Positions 1 through 8,527 of a DNA stretch of 17,418 nt are shown here, one piece after another. This DNA is from a virus (Duplodnaviria; Heunggongvirae; Uroviricota; Caudoviricetes): IMG/VR virus record IMGVR_UViG_643692022_000009; one strand, written 5' to 3'. How positions within the stretch are numbered: the first letter of the stretch is position 1; each line of letters opens with the position of its first letter. The notes under the pieces are model-generated. The model had not been told where the DNA came from. It saw nothing but the letters and a program-made list of their open reading frames with translations, and did no database searches. Made by a program: the position numbers and the translations under genes.

Positions 1-792
1 ATGCCAATAAATGGAGTCAGTGCTGCGATGCGCGAACGGGTATCGCAGCAATTAAAAGAAATAGAACGTCGCTATGGCGTGAAAGTGCTGTACGCCTGCG
101 AATCGGGGAGTCGCGGTTGGGGATTTGCCTCTCCCGACAGCGACTACGATGTACGATTTTTGTATGTTCACCCGCTGGAATGGTATCTGCGGGTGGAGGC
201 GCCGCGCGATGTTATTGAGTTGCCTATTGACGACGAGTTAGATGTTTCAGGCTGGGAGTGGCGCAAGGCGCTGGGATTACTGAAAGGAGCGAATCCGACG
301 CTGATAGAATGGCTGGATTCTCCGGTGGTCTATCAACAAGATGAAGAAACGATAACGCCGCTTAAGGCAATGGTGCCGAAGTGGTTTTCTCCGCTGCGTG
401 CGCGTTGGCATTATTATTCGATGGCGCGGAAAAACTTTCGCGGTTATTTGCAGGGCGACGTAGTTCGGCTGAAAAAATACTTTTACGTGCTGCGACCACT
501 ACTGGCTGTGCGTTGGGTTGAAGCGGGAAAAGGCGTACCGCCAATGCGCTTTGCCGAGTTACTGGCGGGAAGCGAGCTTGATGCACCGTTACGTGCAGAA
601 ATAGACGAACTGCTGGAACGTAAACAGCGCGCGGGAGAAGCGGAATATGGTCCGCGCCGTCCTTTGTTACATGCGTTTATTCGTGTGGAACTGGCGCGTG
701 GGGAAATTCCACCAGTGTTACCGGACAGCAGGGACGGAGATGCCAGGGAACTGGATGGGTTGTTGTATCAAACAGTGATACGCCGGGCGTGA
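1..792 (+). CDS. Pol-beta superfamily nucleotidyltransferase (263 aa); N-terminal NTase fold plus C-terminal helical domain. The ORF begins exactly at the window edge, so the true start may lie upstream.
   Basis: Translation contains the hG[GS]-x(9-13)-Dh[DE]h signature of Pol-beta-type nucleotidyltransferases: 'LYACESGSRGWGFASPDSDYDVRF'. Uninterrupted 263-codon ORF with typical enterobacterial GC content. Confidence 0.6.
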   Translation: MPINGVSAAMRERVSQQLKEIERRYGVKVLYACESGSRGWGFASPDSDYDVRFLYVHPLEWYLRVEAPRDVIELPIDDELDVSGWEWRKALGLLKGANPTLIEWLDSPVVYQQDEETITPLKAMVPKWFSPLRARWHYYSMARKNFRGYLQGDVVRLKKYFYVLRPLLAVRWVEAGKGVPPMRFAELLAGSELDAPLRAEIDELLERKQRAGEAEYGPRRPLLHAFIRVELARGEIPPVLPDSRDGDARELDGLLYQTVIRRA

Positions 793-801
793 TGCCCGGC
801 G
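781..801. terminator. GC-rich hairpin (8-bp perfect stem CGCCGGGC / GCCCGGCG, 5-nt loop) between convergent genes; possible bidirectional terminator
   Basis: Perfect inverted repeat read directly at 781-788 and 794-801. The TGA stop of the plus-strand NTase lies in the loop. An A/T run follows at 809-822 but is not immediately adjacent, so the call is weak. Confidence 0.3.
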
Positions 802-821
802 CCTTCCAATAAAAAAGTTTT

Positions 822-1550
822 TTACCGAAGAGAATATTTGAGCTGTTTAAATTTGCTGCAGAGTGTGTTTTTTATGCTGAAACCTGGAACCCAGTGGAGA
901 GCTGTGTTCCAGGGACGAGGTGAACCGTGAAAACATACAATTTTTGCATCCGATGGCAATTCTCCGTTTGCTTTACCATCGTGTAAGTCAGGATTAAAGC
1001 CTATCATTTTAGGCGTCGCTATATTCGCTTTGTAACTGATAATTTGTCCTGGAAAAATATCCTGCCATCTTTCAGCGTCATGACATACTCTGCCGATAAA
1101 TCCCTGATCCCCATGATATGGCGGCTTTCTGGTTGAATTTATTTCAGTTTCAGGCGATCTCATAAACTCTTCCCAGACAAGTTTTTTGGCGTCCGCAGGA
1201 ATGAACATTATTCCAGTCGCAGGAGCAGCATTGGAACCATGCTGCGAGAAGTCGTTCAGTAATGTTACTTTTTTCATTTTAGTAAACTGTGTAATATCAC
1301 CGACGATTACAGTATCAATATCAATATAAAGTATATCTTCATTCCCGATAACAGGATGTTCGGGATTAAATAGCTCTAATTTTGCCCACCATCCTGGCCA
1401 ATTATACAGTAATGGAGTGGTTTGAACCCCTTTGATTTCTGAAGCATCCGTCATGCAAATGGAATTATACCCATCCAGCTGCTGGTGAAGCCATTGTGCA
1501 TGTTTAATAGTGAAATCCTTACTTTGTCTGAGAACTGAGACAATAAACAT
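822..1550 (-). CDS. GT8-family-like (GT-A fold) glycosyltransferase, 242 aa, encoded in an AT-rich block
   Basis: Translation has a DxD motif in GT8-like context ('ILYIDIDTVIVGDI') and a C-terminal 'CFHGSPRPW' resembling the H-x-x-G-x-x-KPW motif of GT8 enzymes (LgtC, WaaJ, glycogenin type). GC content is clearly lower than in the neighbouring tail genes. The ATG is preceded by AGGGA on the minus strand. Confidence 0.5.
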   Translation of the reverse strand: MFIVSVLRQSKDFTIKHAQWLHQQLDGYNSICMTDASEIKGVQTTPLLYNWPGWWAKLELFNPEHPVIGNEDILYIDIDTVIVGDITQFTKMKKVTLLNDFSQHGSNAAPATGIMFIPADAKKLVWEEFMRSPETEINSTRKPPYHGDQGFIGRVCHDAERWQDIFPGQIISYKANIATPKMIGFNPDLHDGKANGELPSDAKIVCFHGSPRPWNTALHWVPGFSIKNTLCSKFKQLKYSLR

Positions 1551-1591
1551 GTAATTTCCCTGTAGCGATTAGCAAAATATATAAGTAGTGA

Positions 1592-1619
1592 ACTATATTT
1601 GATGTAATTTACAATGCAA
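1592..1619 (-). promoter_or_regulatory. Candidate sigma70 promoter for the glycosyltransferase gene (-35 TTGCAT, 16-nt spacer, -10 TATAGT on the minus strand)
   Basis: On the minus strand: TTGCAT (plus 1614-1619), 16 nt, TATAGT (plus 1592-1597), about 40 nt upstream of the ATG at 1550, inside an AT-rich intergenic region. Confidence 0.35.
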
Positions 1620-1730
1620 TAGTTATTGTATTTAAATTCTTCTATATTCACTCAGTGGATGGTTAATATGGAAATATAATTACTGTGAATATTTATAAGC
1701 ATGTGCTTTGTTTGTGATGGAATATACAGC

Positions 1731-1758
1731 CTGATTAAAGCCGGGCTTGAAGCCCGGC
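1731..1758 (-). terminator. Candidate intrinsic terminator at the end of the tail operon (8-bp stem GCCGGGCT / AGCCCGGC, followed on the minus strand by UUUAAU)
   Basis: Perfect inverted repeat at 1740-1747 and 1751-1758, located 6 nt downstream of the stop of the 151-aa ORF (1764). The U-tract is short and interrupted. Confidence 0.35.
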
Positions 1759-1763
1759 GTAGT

Positions 1764-2219
1764 TTATGGTTGATATTGCCAACTGTTAACTAAAGCGTAC
1801 AAGTGGTTTGGGGAATAGCGCCAACTTTCTTTTAATTGCAGAAATTCGGCACAAAATTCGCTACAAAACAGGCGATCGCGCTGTTCTTTATTGCCGGTGA
1901 TAATTCCTAAGGCTCCACGCCAGTCGTATTTTTTGCCATCATGTTTACGGAAAAAAGCTTCTACATCCTGAAGGCTGACCTGGAGCGGCAGCATATCCCA
2001 CTTGTCTGGCGGTAAAGGCATTATCTTTCCACGAACGCCGCGATCGCGCAGAGAGGCGGAGTAACAAAGGTAACTCTTTTCTCCATGTGCTACGGCTAAT
2101 TCACAGTGGGAATAACTGCCGCGAGTGATTTTGCGTGTAAGCCAGTCAGCCAGTCTCGCAATAACCCGGTGCTCTGTTCGCCCTTTATAGCAAGCGAGCC
2201 AGACTGTAGTTTTACTCAT
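1764..2219 (-). CDS. Hypothetical 151-aa protein, translationally coupled to the tail-fibre assembly gene; possible permuted papain-like (LRAT / NlpC-P60-type) fold
   Basis: Its ATG overlaps the TGA of the upstream Tfa gene (ATGA, 2216-2219). Normal GC content. Contains 'YSHCELAVAHG' and a C-terminal 'FCSEFCAEF', reminiscent of the His...NCEHF arrangement of permuted NlpC/P60 enzymes. The fold assignment is from motif recall only. Confidence 0.6.
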   Translation of the reverse strand: MSKTTVWLACYKGRTEHRVIARLADWLTRKITRGSYSHCELAVAHGEKSYLCYSASLRDRGVRGKIMPLPPDKWDMLPLQVSLQDVEAFFRKHDGKKYDWRGALGIITGNKEQRDRLFCSEFCAEFLQLKESWRYSPNHLYALVNSWQYQP

Positions 2220-2923
2220 GGTTGCCAGCCTGTTGAATAATCGTAGTCGAGTACCGACTGAATATCGTCCAGAGCTTCCACCGCCGCGATATGGCGTTGG
2301 GCGTTGGCAAACAAGCGTATATCGTGATCCATTGTGACGGATTCAAACTGGGCAGCGATTTCGTTGGTTAACTCAGTCAGACCATTATTTTTAGTTTTCC
2401 ACATTAAACCTGGCGGAATTTTTTTCTCCGCTCCCATTTTTGTGAGTGAGAGTTGTTGGATGCGGCTGCTTGTATCACTGTGGAAGTAATTGTCGTTGAT
2501 GATGATGTAGTCGGTAGTGATGGAGTCGCGCAATGTTTTGATTTCGGCACATTTCGCCTGTTTAGCATCATCAATTGATGGCTGCCATTTTTCGCCATCC
2601 CAACGCTCAAAAGTACTGGTAGGGGAAATGATGGTGACAGTTTCAGGCAATTGACCCAATTTATTAATAATAATCTGGCTGCCATCAACTTTGTTATAAA
2701 CAGTTTGGCCTCGATGATCTTCAATAAGTTCCCATTTATTAATTGACCATATAGAAGTAAAACCTGCAATTTTTTGTGGTGGTGGTGTTAATGTGCAGTA
2801 ATTCGGTAGTCCAGTGTTTGGTGCTATATATACATTGGACTCACCAATAAATTCTTGTGTGTCTGGTGAAAAATTAAAAACAGATAAAATTTGTGCGTTA
2901 TCGGAAAAAGTAAAAGTATTCAT
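2216..2923 (-). CDS. Tail-fibre assembly protein (Tfa chaperone family), 235 aa
   Basis: N-terminal region ('[33 protein letters not shown]...[12 protein letters not shown]') matches the conserved N-domain of enterobacterial Tfa proteins. Its ATG overlaps the tail-fibre stop (ATGA, 2920-2923). The C-terminal half is divergent, as expected for a fibre-specific chaperone. Confidence 0.8.
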   Translation of the reverse strand: MNTFTFSDNAQILSVFNFSPDTQEFIGESNVYIAPNTGLPNYCTLTPPPQKIAGFTSIWSINKWELIEDHRGQTVYNKVDGSQIIINKLGQLPETVTIISPTSTFERWDGEKWQPSIDDAKQAKCAEIKTLRDSITTDYIIINDNYFHSDTSSRIQQLSLTKMGAEKKIPPGLMWKTKNNGLTELTNEIAAQFESVTMDHDIRLFANAQRHIAAVEALDDIQSVLDYDYSTGWQP

Positions 2924-4500
2924 GCAAGCCTCACAATATAATTGAATGCAATGTTTTTAACAGTATTTTCTGTATTGCCAGTGTTATTGATGATAATTGA
3001 GTGATTATGTGTACCTAACACAATATTATGTGTATGACTTCCCAGTGCGATTGTATGTGCATGGGCGCCAATCGTAATACTATGATAATGACTACCAGCA
3101 GACTCAGTAGGTTCTCTGTAGTTCTCATCTGAATTGGGGCTGTTCCATAAAGACGGTCCATCTTTACCTTCTGCACCATCAGTTGGTATTCGGTGTGTAT
3201 GTTCTCCAGATGTGCTTGTATTTCTACTTCCATGATTAAATGAAGCTGTAGTTTTTGTTCCTAAGTCCGTAGAGGTAGATGTTATTGTCCCTAAATTGGT
3301 ACTAGAAATACTGCCCGTATGGTTATGTGATTTAACTCCATCCAGTTCAGTAGATAATATAGCGCGCCCACTGGATGGTTTTCCTTTAATTATCCATCCG
3401 CGCATATCAGGAATAACGCCAGATGGATATGCAATTGCCAGTTTGGGATAGGAGGTTTTATTAAATGTCTGACCAGTCATCAGAGCGTAGCCTGAAGGTA
3501 CAGAATCAGATGGCCAGGGTATAGGCATCCCTACAGGACAGCTTTCCGCAGCAATAGCCTTATCCATCGCTGCCTTAACCGCGTTCGGCGTTGCAGCTTC
3601 CGTCGTACTGGTGCTGTTGGTCGCATTATTAAGTTTCACGACCCCTTTTTGTGTCAGCGTACCGTCGGGGATACCTGTTATTTGCCCCCAGGCATGGGTA
3701 TGGCTGGACGGTGCCGCAGCAATAGCCTTGTCCATCGCTGCTTTAACAGCACTTGGCGTTGCAGCTTCCGTTGTACTGGTGCTATTTGTTGTGTTGTTAA
3801 GTTTAACGACTCCTTTCTGCGTCAGTGTACCATCAGGGATACCAGTAATCTGACTCCAGGCATGATTATGACTGGTGGCAGCTTTGCTATTTGCCAGGTC
3901 ATATGCCGTTTTTACCGCTTTTGGCGTGGCCGCTTTGGTTTCATCATCGCTATTAGTCGCATTACTCAGCTGCGTAAAACCTTTTTGTGTCAGCGTCGCA
4001 TCAGGATGATTTCGTGATTGCTGATGTGTTTTCAACGCGTCATCGACATATTCCCTGGTTGCCACAACGACTGAAGGGTCGATCAAAAGCGTCACCGCAT
4101 CTGCATTGGTGACTTCCATGACCGCGCGTATAACGATTTGCTTACTGGCCCCCGCAGGTAATCGTGGCTTATAGGTTTCAGGGATTTTTCCGATAGCGAC
4201 CAGCGTGCCGTCGGTATCCAGTAACCCAACTTCGCGTACATACCAGCCTCCGACTTGTTCGGGAATAATCGCTTCCGCGATAACCCAGGCCGGATTATCT
4301 GGCGCAATTTTTAACGTATTGAGCTGACCACGCCAGACCTCATGGACTACTTTAGTCTGACTTTCTGTCGGTTCGATATATTTACCATTACCGTCGCCAA
4401 CTACCATAGTTTGCAGACGGATCTGTTTTTGCTCCGTCAATGCAGAGGCAATTTTGGCTTTGCCTGCAGTAGTTAATATTGTAAAAAATTCACTTGCCAT
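2920..4500 (-). CDS. Tail fibre protein (P2 gpH / Mu S-like N-terminal anchor, central collar repeats, His-x-His C-terminal tip), 526 aa from the ATG at 4500
   Basis: From '[22 protein letters not shown]...VGDGNGK...HEVWRGQLN...[33 protein letters not shown]' the N-terminus closely parallels P2 gpH. GGAGGAATA lies just upstream of the ATG at 4498-4500, which overlaps the gpI stop (TAATG). The ORF track extends 42 codons further upstream to 4623, but that ATG lies inside gpI. The C-terminus carries HxH repeats. Confidence 0.85.
   Translation of the reverse strand: MASEFFTILTTAGKAKIASALTEQKQIRLQTMVVGDGNGKYIEPTESQTKVVHEVWRGQLNTLKIAPDNPAWVIAEAIIPEQVGGWYVREVGLLDTDGTLVAIGKIPETYKPRLPAGASKQIVIRAVMEVTNADAVTLLIDPSVVVATREYVDDALKTHQQSRNHPDATLTQKGFTQLSNATNSDDETKAATPKAVKTAYDLANSKAATSHNHAWSQITGIPDGTLTQKGVVKLNNTTNSTSTTEAATPSAVKAAMDKAIAAAPSSHTHAWGQITGIPDGTLTQKGVVKLNNATNSTSTTEAATPNAVKAAMDKAIAAESCPVGMPIPWPSDSVPSGYALMTGQTFNKTSYPKLAIAYPSGVIPDMRGWIIKGKPSSGRAILSTELDGVKSHNHTGSISSTNLGTITSTSTDLGTKTTASFNHGSRNTSTSGEHTHRIPTDGAEGKDGPSLWNSPNSDENYREPTESAGSHYHSITIGAHAHTIALGSHTHNIVLGTHNHSIIINNTGNTENTVKNIAFNYIVRLA
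3548..4010. repeat. In-frame tandem coding repeats inside the tail-fibre gene: two near-identical 168-nt (56-aa) units plus a diverged third copy
   Basis: Units beginning 'gcagcaatagcct' at 3548 and 3716 (period 168 nt) encode 'HAW[S/G][44 protein letters not shown]'. A degenerate copy ('[37 protein letters not shown]') lies at about 3884-4010. These are the phage tail-fibre collar repeats. Confidence 0.85.
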
Positions 4501-5234
4501 TATTCCTCCGGATATACAGACATAATTTCGGTGCTCCAGTATCCTGTGCCGACCTTCATCGGTTGGGATTGTGTAAGGCGATCGGGTTGATAAGGTAGTA
4601 GTTGGATATATTCCTCCACACAATAACCCGTCGCTAAAAATATTCCTGATGACTGGCTGAGGCTTTCTGCAACAGGAGGCAATACTGTAATGACTTCCCC
4701 TCCTTGCATGGCGCTGCCAATAACTGGTATTGGGCTTCGATTAATAAGCCAAATAACAATGCTTTCCAGCTTTGAACGAACATTTTTATATTCATGAATT
4801 AATGTGATAAGTGCATTGAATTCATCTTCATTTAATCCTTTTTCCTCTAGTGTAATATTTACCTTAAAAAAATAAGCCCTTCCCCCATATTCAAACCATT
4901 CTGAAATAGTTCCGGGTAAGGAAAGTATTTCCAGCACCCGCCGTACCGCCCAAATTGTTCCTTTATATTTATGCAGTTCAATGGCTTGTTTAATTAACTC
5001 GCGCTTCTCCCGCTCATCGGTGGTAAATAACCAACCTTCCAGCCCCTGAACGTGAAATTGTTCTGCAAGGGCTGGTAATGCCGAAGCATCAACCAGGTCG
5101 ACCAGATAAACCATCAACGCCGTCAGATCGAGTTGGGCAAAACGCTCGGCGGCGATGTTTGCCAGAATCGAAAAACGCTCATCGCTGGCAAGCGGCGGCG
5201 GTGGCAGCAATTTATCCATCGCTGACTCCGGCAA
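4500..5234 (-). CDS. Baseplate / tail protein I (P2 gpI family)
   Basis: N-terminal '[13 protein letters not shown]' and overall pattern match gpI-family proteins; it sits between gpJ and the tail fibre as in P2 and R-pyocin clusters. The true start may be the internal Met (MDKLLPPP, 5219); both candidate starts overlap the gpJ 3' end. Confidence 0.8.
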   Translation of the reverse strand: MPESAMDKLLPPPPLASDERFSILANIAAERFAQLDLTALMVYLVDLVDASALPALAEQFHVQGLEGWLFTTDEREKRELIKQAIELHKYKGTIWAVRRVLEILSLPGTISEWFEYGGRAYFFKVNITLEEKGLNEDEFNALITLIHEYKNVRSKLESIVIWLINRSPIPVIGSAMQGGEVITVLPPVAESLSQSSGIFLATGYCVEEYIQLLPYQPDRLTQSQPMKVGTGYWSTEIMSVYPEE

Positions 5235-6327
5235 TCGTGACGTCTATTGCAGTGCATTCCGCCCATTCATGCGCCTGCAAAATACGTTTTGTAGGCATAT
5301 TCAGCGCAACGTCATAGACGCCATCGACCTGTAACACTTTGATTATCTGGTTTGGCACAATGTCCTGCCCCAGATGTTTCTGCCGCTGTTGCGTCCAGAG
5401 GCTAATCGCTTTACGCGCCGCAGCCAGCGTTGTCTCCTGATCGGCGGTGGTAAACAGCGTTAGCTGAGCACGGATCTCATACGGCACTCGAAGAGCGCAT
5501 TTCGCACTCACTTTGTCGGTCAGCGGACGTTTTTTCTCCTTGCTAACCTCCTGTTCGATTTGCGCGAGCAGTTCTGTTCCCGGCAGTCCGTTCAGGGTTA
5601 GCGGGTAGATCTCCACGCAGCCTTCTGGCAATCCCTCGTCCGGCCCCAGTACTGCAACGTCAATAATCGACTGGCTAACAGAAAGCGTATGAAAGCGGTA
5701 TGCGCCATAGCTGCCCGCATTACTAAAGCTTTCTGGTGCCAGTTGGATACGCTGGCGCAATGCGTCATCGCTCTCCTCACCGCAGCCGCCCGTTGACGCA
5801 GTCAGGTTAGTTACGTTGATGTCATAATGACCCATCCTGTCGACCAGTGCGCTAATTTGTGCAGGCTGCCAGCCGTTGCCCTGTTCACCTGCTGCGAGGC
5901 TGGTGGCAGGAACGGCGATATGCAAACTCCTGGCCGGAAGCAGAACATCTTCATCGGTGGCGAACATCACGCTATCAGAGGCACTGGCCCGCGTCCCCTG
6001 GGGAATCAGGATATTGCTGGTATACGCACTGACGACCGAAAACTGCAACGTCGTTTTTGCAGGCTGCGCAGGCAAACGGTGAACGCCCACCAACTCCCCT
6101 AAATAATCCAGCATTGGCGCGCGGGAATACGCGACCAGGTTTTGTTTCGCCGCTTCCTGAATGGCGATGCGTACAAGGTTTTCACGATAGGCAAACAGGT
6201 CGATGAGCAACCGCTCAGCCTGTGCCGGATAGAGTTTTTTACCACTGGCATCTTCGTATTGCGCAATCATCTCACTGGTAATTTGCGCAGGATCGCGGTC
6301 AATAAAATTGGGTTCGGCTATCGCCAT
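5212..6327 (-). CDS. Baseplate assembly protein J (P2 gpJ / T4 gp6-like wedge), 371 aa
   Basis: Size and position (W-J-I order) with gpJ-like composition; start overlaps the gpW 3' end by 10 nt. Confidence 0.8.
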   Translation of the reverse strand: MAIAEPNFIDRDPAQITSEMIAQYEDASGKKLYPAQAERLLIDLFAYRENLVRIAIQEAAKQNLVAYSRAPMLDYLGELVGVHRLPAQPAKTTLQFSVVSAYTSNILIPQGTRASASDSVMFATDEDVLLPARSLHIAVPATSLAAGEQGNGWQPAQISALVDRMGHYDINVTNLTASTGGCGEESDDALRQRIQLAPESFSNAGSYGAYRFHTLSVSQSIIDVAVLGPDEGLPEGCVEIYPLTLNGLPGTELLAQIEQEVSKEKKRPLTDKVSAKCALRVPYEIRAQLTLFTTADQETTLAAARKAISLWTQQRQKHLGQDIVPNQIIKVLQVDGVYDVALNMPTKRILQAHEWAECTAIDVTIAGVSDG

Positions 6328-6677
6328 AACACCTCCGTTGAGTTGATAACGCCGTCAGCGGCGCGCCATTGCACACGTAACGTCAGATGTTCGCCGTCGA
6401 TTACTGGTGTCAGCTTCAGCAACCGACAGCGCGGTTCCCACTGGCGGATGGCTTCCACCGACTCCCGTACCACATGCGGGATTGCCCGCTCGATGGGGTA
6501 ATCGATGTAGTGCCACAAGTTGCTGCCAAACAGCGGTCTGTGGGGATCACTGCCGCGCGGTGTACGCAGAATGATGTGTATTGCCTGGTGAATATCATCC
6601 AGCCCGCAGACGTATTCTTCAGGCCGCTGCAAGGCCGGTTGCCAGTGCAGCGTTGAGGGTCGTGTTTTTGTGTTCAT
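6318..6677 (-). CDS. Baseplate wedge protein W (GPW / gp25 lysozyme-like family), 119 aa
   Basis: Size of about 120 aa immediately upstream of gpJ; sequence consistent with the GPW/gp25 family. Confidence 0.75.
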   Translation of the reverse strand: MNTKTRPSTLHWQPALQRPEEYVCGLDDIHQAIHIILRTPRGSDPHRPLFGSNLWHYIDYPIERAIPHVVRESVEAIRQWEPRCRLLKLTPVIDGEHLTLRVQWRAADGVINSTEVLWR

Positions 6678-6737
6678 GAGGGTATTTTCGCCCTGAACGG
6701 GCTGTGGCGATATTAAAGCGATTTAGAAAACTGATTG

Positions 6738-6770
6738 ATTAAAAAGAGAAAACCCGCCATCAGGCGGGTT
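6738..6770 (-). terminator. Strong intrinsic terminator between spike gene V and wedge gene W
   Basis: Minus-strand transcript reads AACCCGCC-UGAU-GGCGGGUU (perfect 8-bp GC-rich stem at plus 6751-6758 and 6763-6770) followed directly by UUCUCUUUUUAAUC. The hairpin starts 5 nt after the gpV stop (6776). Confidence 0.6.
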
Positions 6771-6775
6771 AAACG

Positions 6776-7477
6776 TCAGTGTGTATGGTGGTTGGAGTTG
6801 CCACCGCTGTCCTGCAATGCGCCGCTGGCCTGAACGTTGCCGATCACGTTGACATTGCCAGTTATCGTGGCGGCGTTACCGATGCCTCCACTTCCTGCCA
6901 TCCCGCCAAGCCAGGTGAGTTTTTTCATTACCGTGACGTTGCCAGTAAAGGTGCTCATGGGCGCATCTACCGTCACTGCTGCCGCTTTAACATCGACCTT
7001 AGTGGCGTCGATGCTGACATCGGTCGCTTTAACATCGACAGTATCGGAAGTCACGATGACCTGTTGGGCTTTAATCTCAACGTTGGGTGATGTCAGGCGG
7101 GTACTGTCGATAACCTCAATCACGATTTTCTCGATACCGCCGTTAATCGTCAGCTGGTGCGTGCTGCGGTCATATTCAAACGCTGCGCCATCAGAAAACT
7201 GGACGTAACGTTTATCGCGCGAGGCCACAGGCGCGGTGTCAACCGTAGAATAAACTGCGCCCAGCACCACGCCATCTTCACCGTTATTGTCCAGCAGAAC
7301 TTCCACTTGCTCGCCCATATCCGGTAGCCAGTAGTCTTTATTGTCCTGGGAATTGCGTTGAAGTACCGCAAGCCAGTTGCTCTTCAGATTGTCACACTCC
7401 GGGAGCGTGACCCGCACCCGAACGCTGGTTTCGTCAATATCGATGATAATCCCCGTTTGCCGGGTTACTCCTTTCAT
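6776..7477 (-). CDS. Baseplate spike / assembly protein V (P2 gpV family), 233 aa, with Gly-rich His-terminated C-terminus
   Basis: Position directly downstream of gpD and sequence character of gpV-family spikes; C-terminus '...GGMAGSGGIGNAATITGN...NSNHHTH' fits a metal-binding apex. AGGAGGAAATATG-type RBS upstream. Confidence 0.75.
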   Translation of the reverse strand: MKGVTRQTGIIIDIDETSVRVRVTLPECDNLKSNWLAVLQRNSQDNKDYWLPDMGEQVEVLLDNNGEDGVVLGAVYSTVDTAPVASRDKRYVQFSDGAAFEYDRSTHQLTINGGIEKIVIEVIDSTRLTSPNVEIKAQQVIVTSDTVDVKATDVSIDATKVDVKAAAVTVDAPMSTFTGNVTVMKKLTWLGGMAGSGGIGNAATITGNVNVIGNVQASGALQDSGGNSNHHTH

Positions 7478-7486
7478 ATTTCCTCC

Positions 7487-8527
7487 TTACTGGCTGGTCG
7501 CTGGCCCGCGCGACACGTCGATTTCAGTGGTATAGCCGCTGCGCACAAAACTGTGAGTAGATTTATCAATTAGCCATTGACCGGAAAGCACGCCAAAATC
7601 GGTTAGCTCGATTTTATTGCCCGCCGTCAGTTCCGGGCAGCCCATCATTGTGAGCGTTCCGGTTTGCTGATATTCGTTGTGGCTGTCGAGTGCAGCGTTG
7701 GCTTTTGCCTGTGCTGCGCCAACGTCCGTCGCCCGACTGTTCAGTTTTAGCGTGTCGGCACTGGTGCCGACTCCACGGGCAGACGGTTTTTGCTGGCTGT
7801 CGTGGGTGTAGATAACCAGTTCTTTTTTCTTACTATTTTGATGCTGTACGGTGGCGTTTTTGTAGATACGGTTAATGGTATCTTTGAAGGTGAAATGCGA
7901 AACGTCTTTGCGGTCGATCGTTTTTACCGGTGCCAGGCAGCGCAGCGTGGGTAAATGTGAAAAAATCAGCTCTTTTGTCGTCACTTTTACGGCATAACCA
8001 TATTCACTGGCCAGACGTTTGAGAAATCCGACATCGGTTTCACCATACTGCGTTACCCGGTCGATGGTGAGCGGCTCGATTTTGCCCACCAGTTTCAGAC
8101 CGTGCGTTTGGGCGATACGGCTGGCGATAGCCGAAAGCGTCGTTTCTTCAAAGCCCTGGCTGTTACGGGTGCGCAGCGCCTGATTGACGGAAGTGGCGAT
8201 GCCATCAATATTTACCGTGGAAGGTGGCGCTGAAATATCAATTTTATCAATAATATATTGACCACAATCGAGCAGTTTTTCCCCCTGATAACCCATATGC
8301 AGCGCCAGCGTATCGCCTTTGCCGGGATACCACTCTTTTATCCAGCGTCCATCGGTGTCATCCAGTGTAATCGCGATGGTATCCGACTCGTTTTTAATAC
8401 TGTCCTGGTAACTGATGCTGGTGACATAAGGCGTGATGTCATAAGTGATATCTTTATGCCCATACCAGAGGGTAAAAATGGGCGCGAGCGTGGCAAAGAC
8501 GCCGCCAGTTACGCTTATCTCAGCCAT
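7487..8527 (-). CDS. Tail protein D (P2 gpD late-control-D family baseplate hub), 346 aa
   Basis: Size and position (U-X-D order as in R-type pyocin and P2-like tails); gpD-like N-terminus. Confidence 0.8.
   Translation of the reverse strand: MAEISVTGGVFATLAPIFTLWYGHKDITYDITPYVTSISYQDSIKNESDTIAITLDDTDGRWIKEWYPGKGDTLALHMGYQGEKLLDCGQYIIDKIDISAPPSTVNIDGIATSVNQALRTRNSQGFEETTLSAIASRIAQTHGLKLVGKIEPLTIDRVTQYGETDVGFLKRLASEYGYAVKVTTKELIFSHLPTLRCLAPVKTIDRKDVSHFTFKDTINRIYKNATVQHQNSKKKELVIYTHDSQQKPSARGVGTSADTLKLNSRATDVGAAQAKANAALDSHNEYQQTGTLTMMGCPELTAGNKIELTDFGVLSGQWLIDKSTHSFVRSGYTTEIDVSRGPATSQ

Noticed and set aside
1451-1651. 66-aa minus-strand ORF upstream of the glycosyltransferase
   Set aside because: It overlaps the glycosyltransferase 5' end and its candidate promoter in a different frame, in an AT-rich stretch; it is most likely spurious.
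3548-4010. Tandem direct repeats that might suggest a CRISPR array
   Set aside because: The repeats are contiguous, 168 nt long, in-frame and encode collar repeats of the tail fibre. There are no short repeats alternating with unique spacers.
3611-4017. Plus-strand ORFs of 80 and 122 aa with internally repeated peptide sequence
   Set aside because: They are antisense to the tail-fibre gene and simply mirror its 168-nt tandem coding repeats. They have no independent start context and are treated as artefacts of the repeats.
5598-6656. Overlapping ORFs on both strands within the gpJ and gpW region
   Set aside because: They are embedded in or antisense to well-supported baseplate genes and their translations are low-complexity or Arg/Cys-rich, so they are regarded as non-coding.
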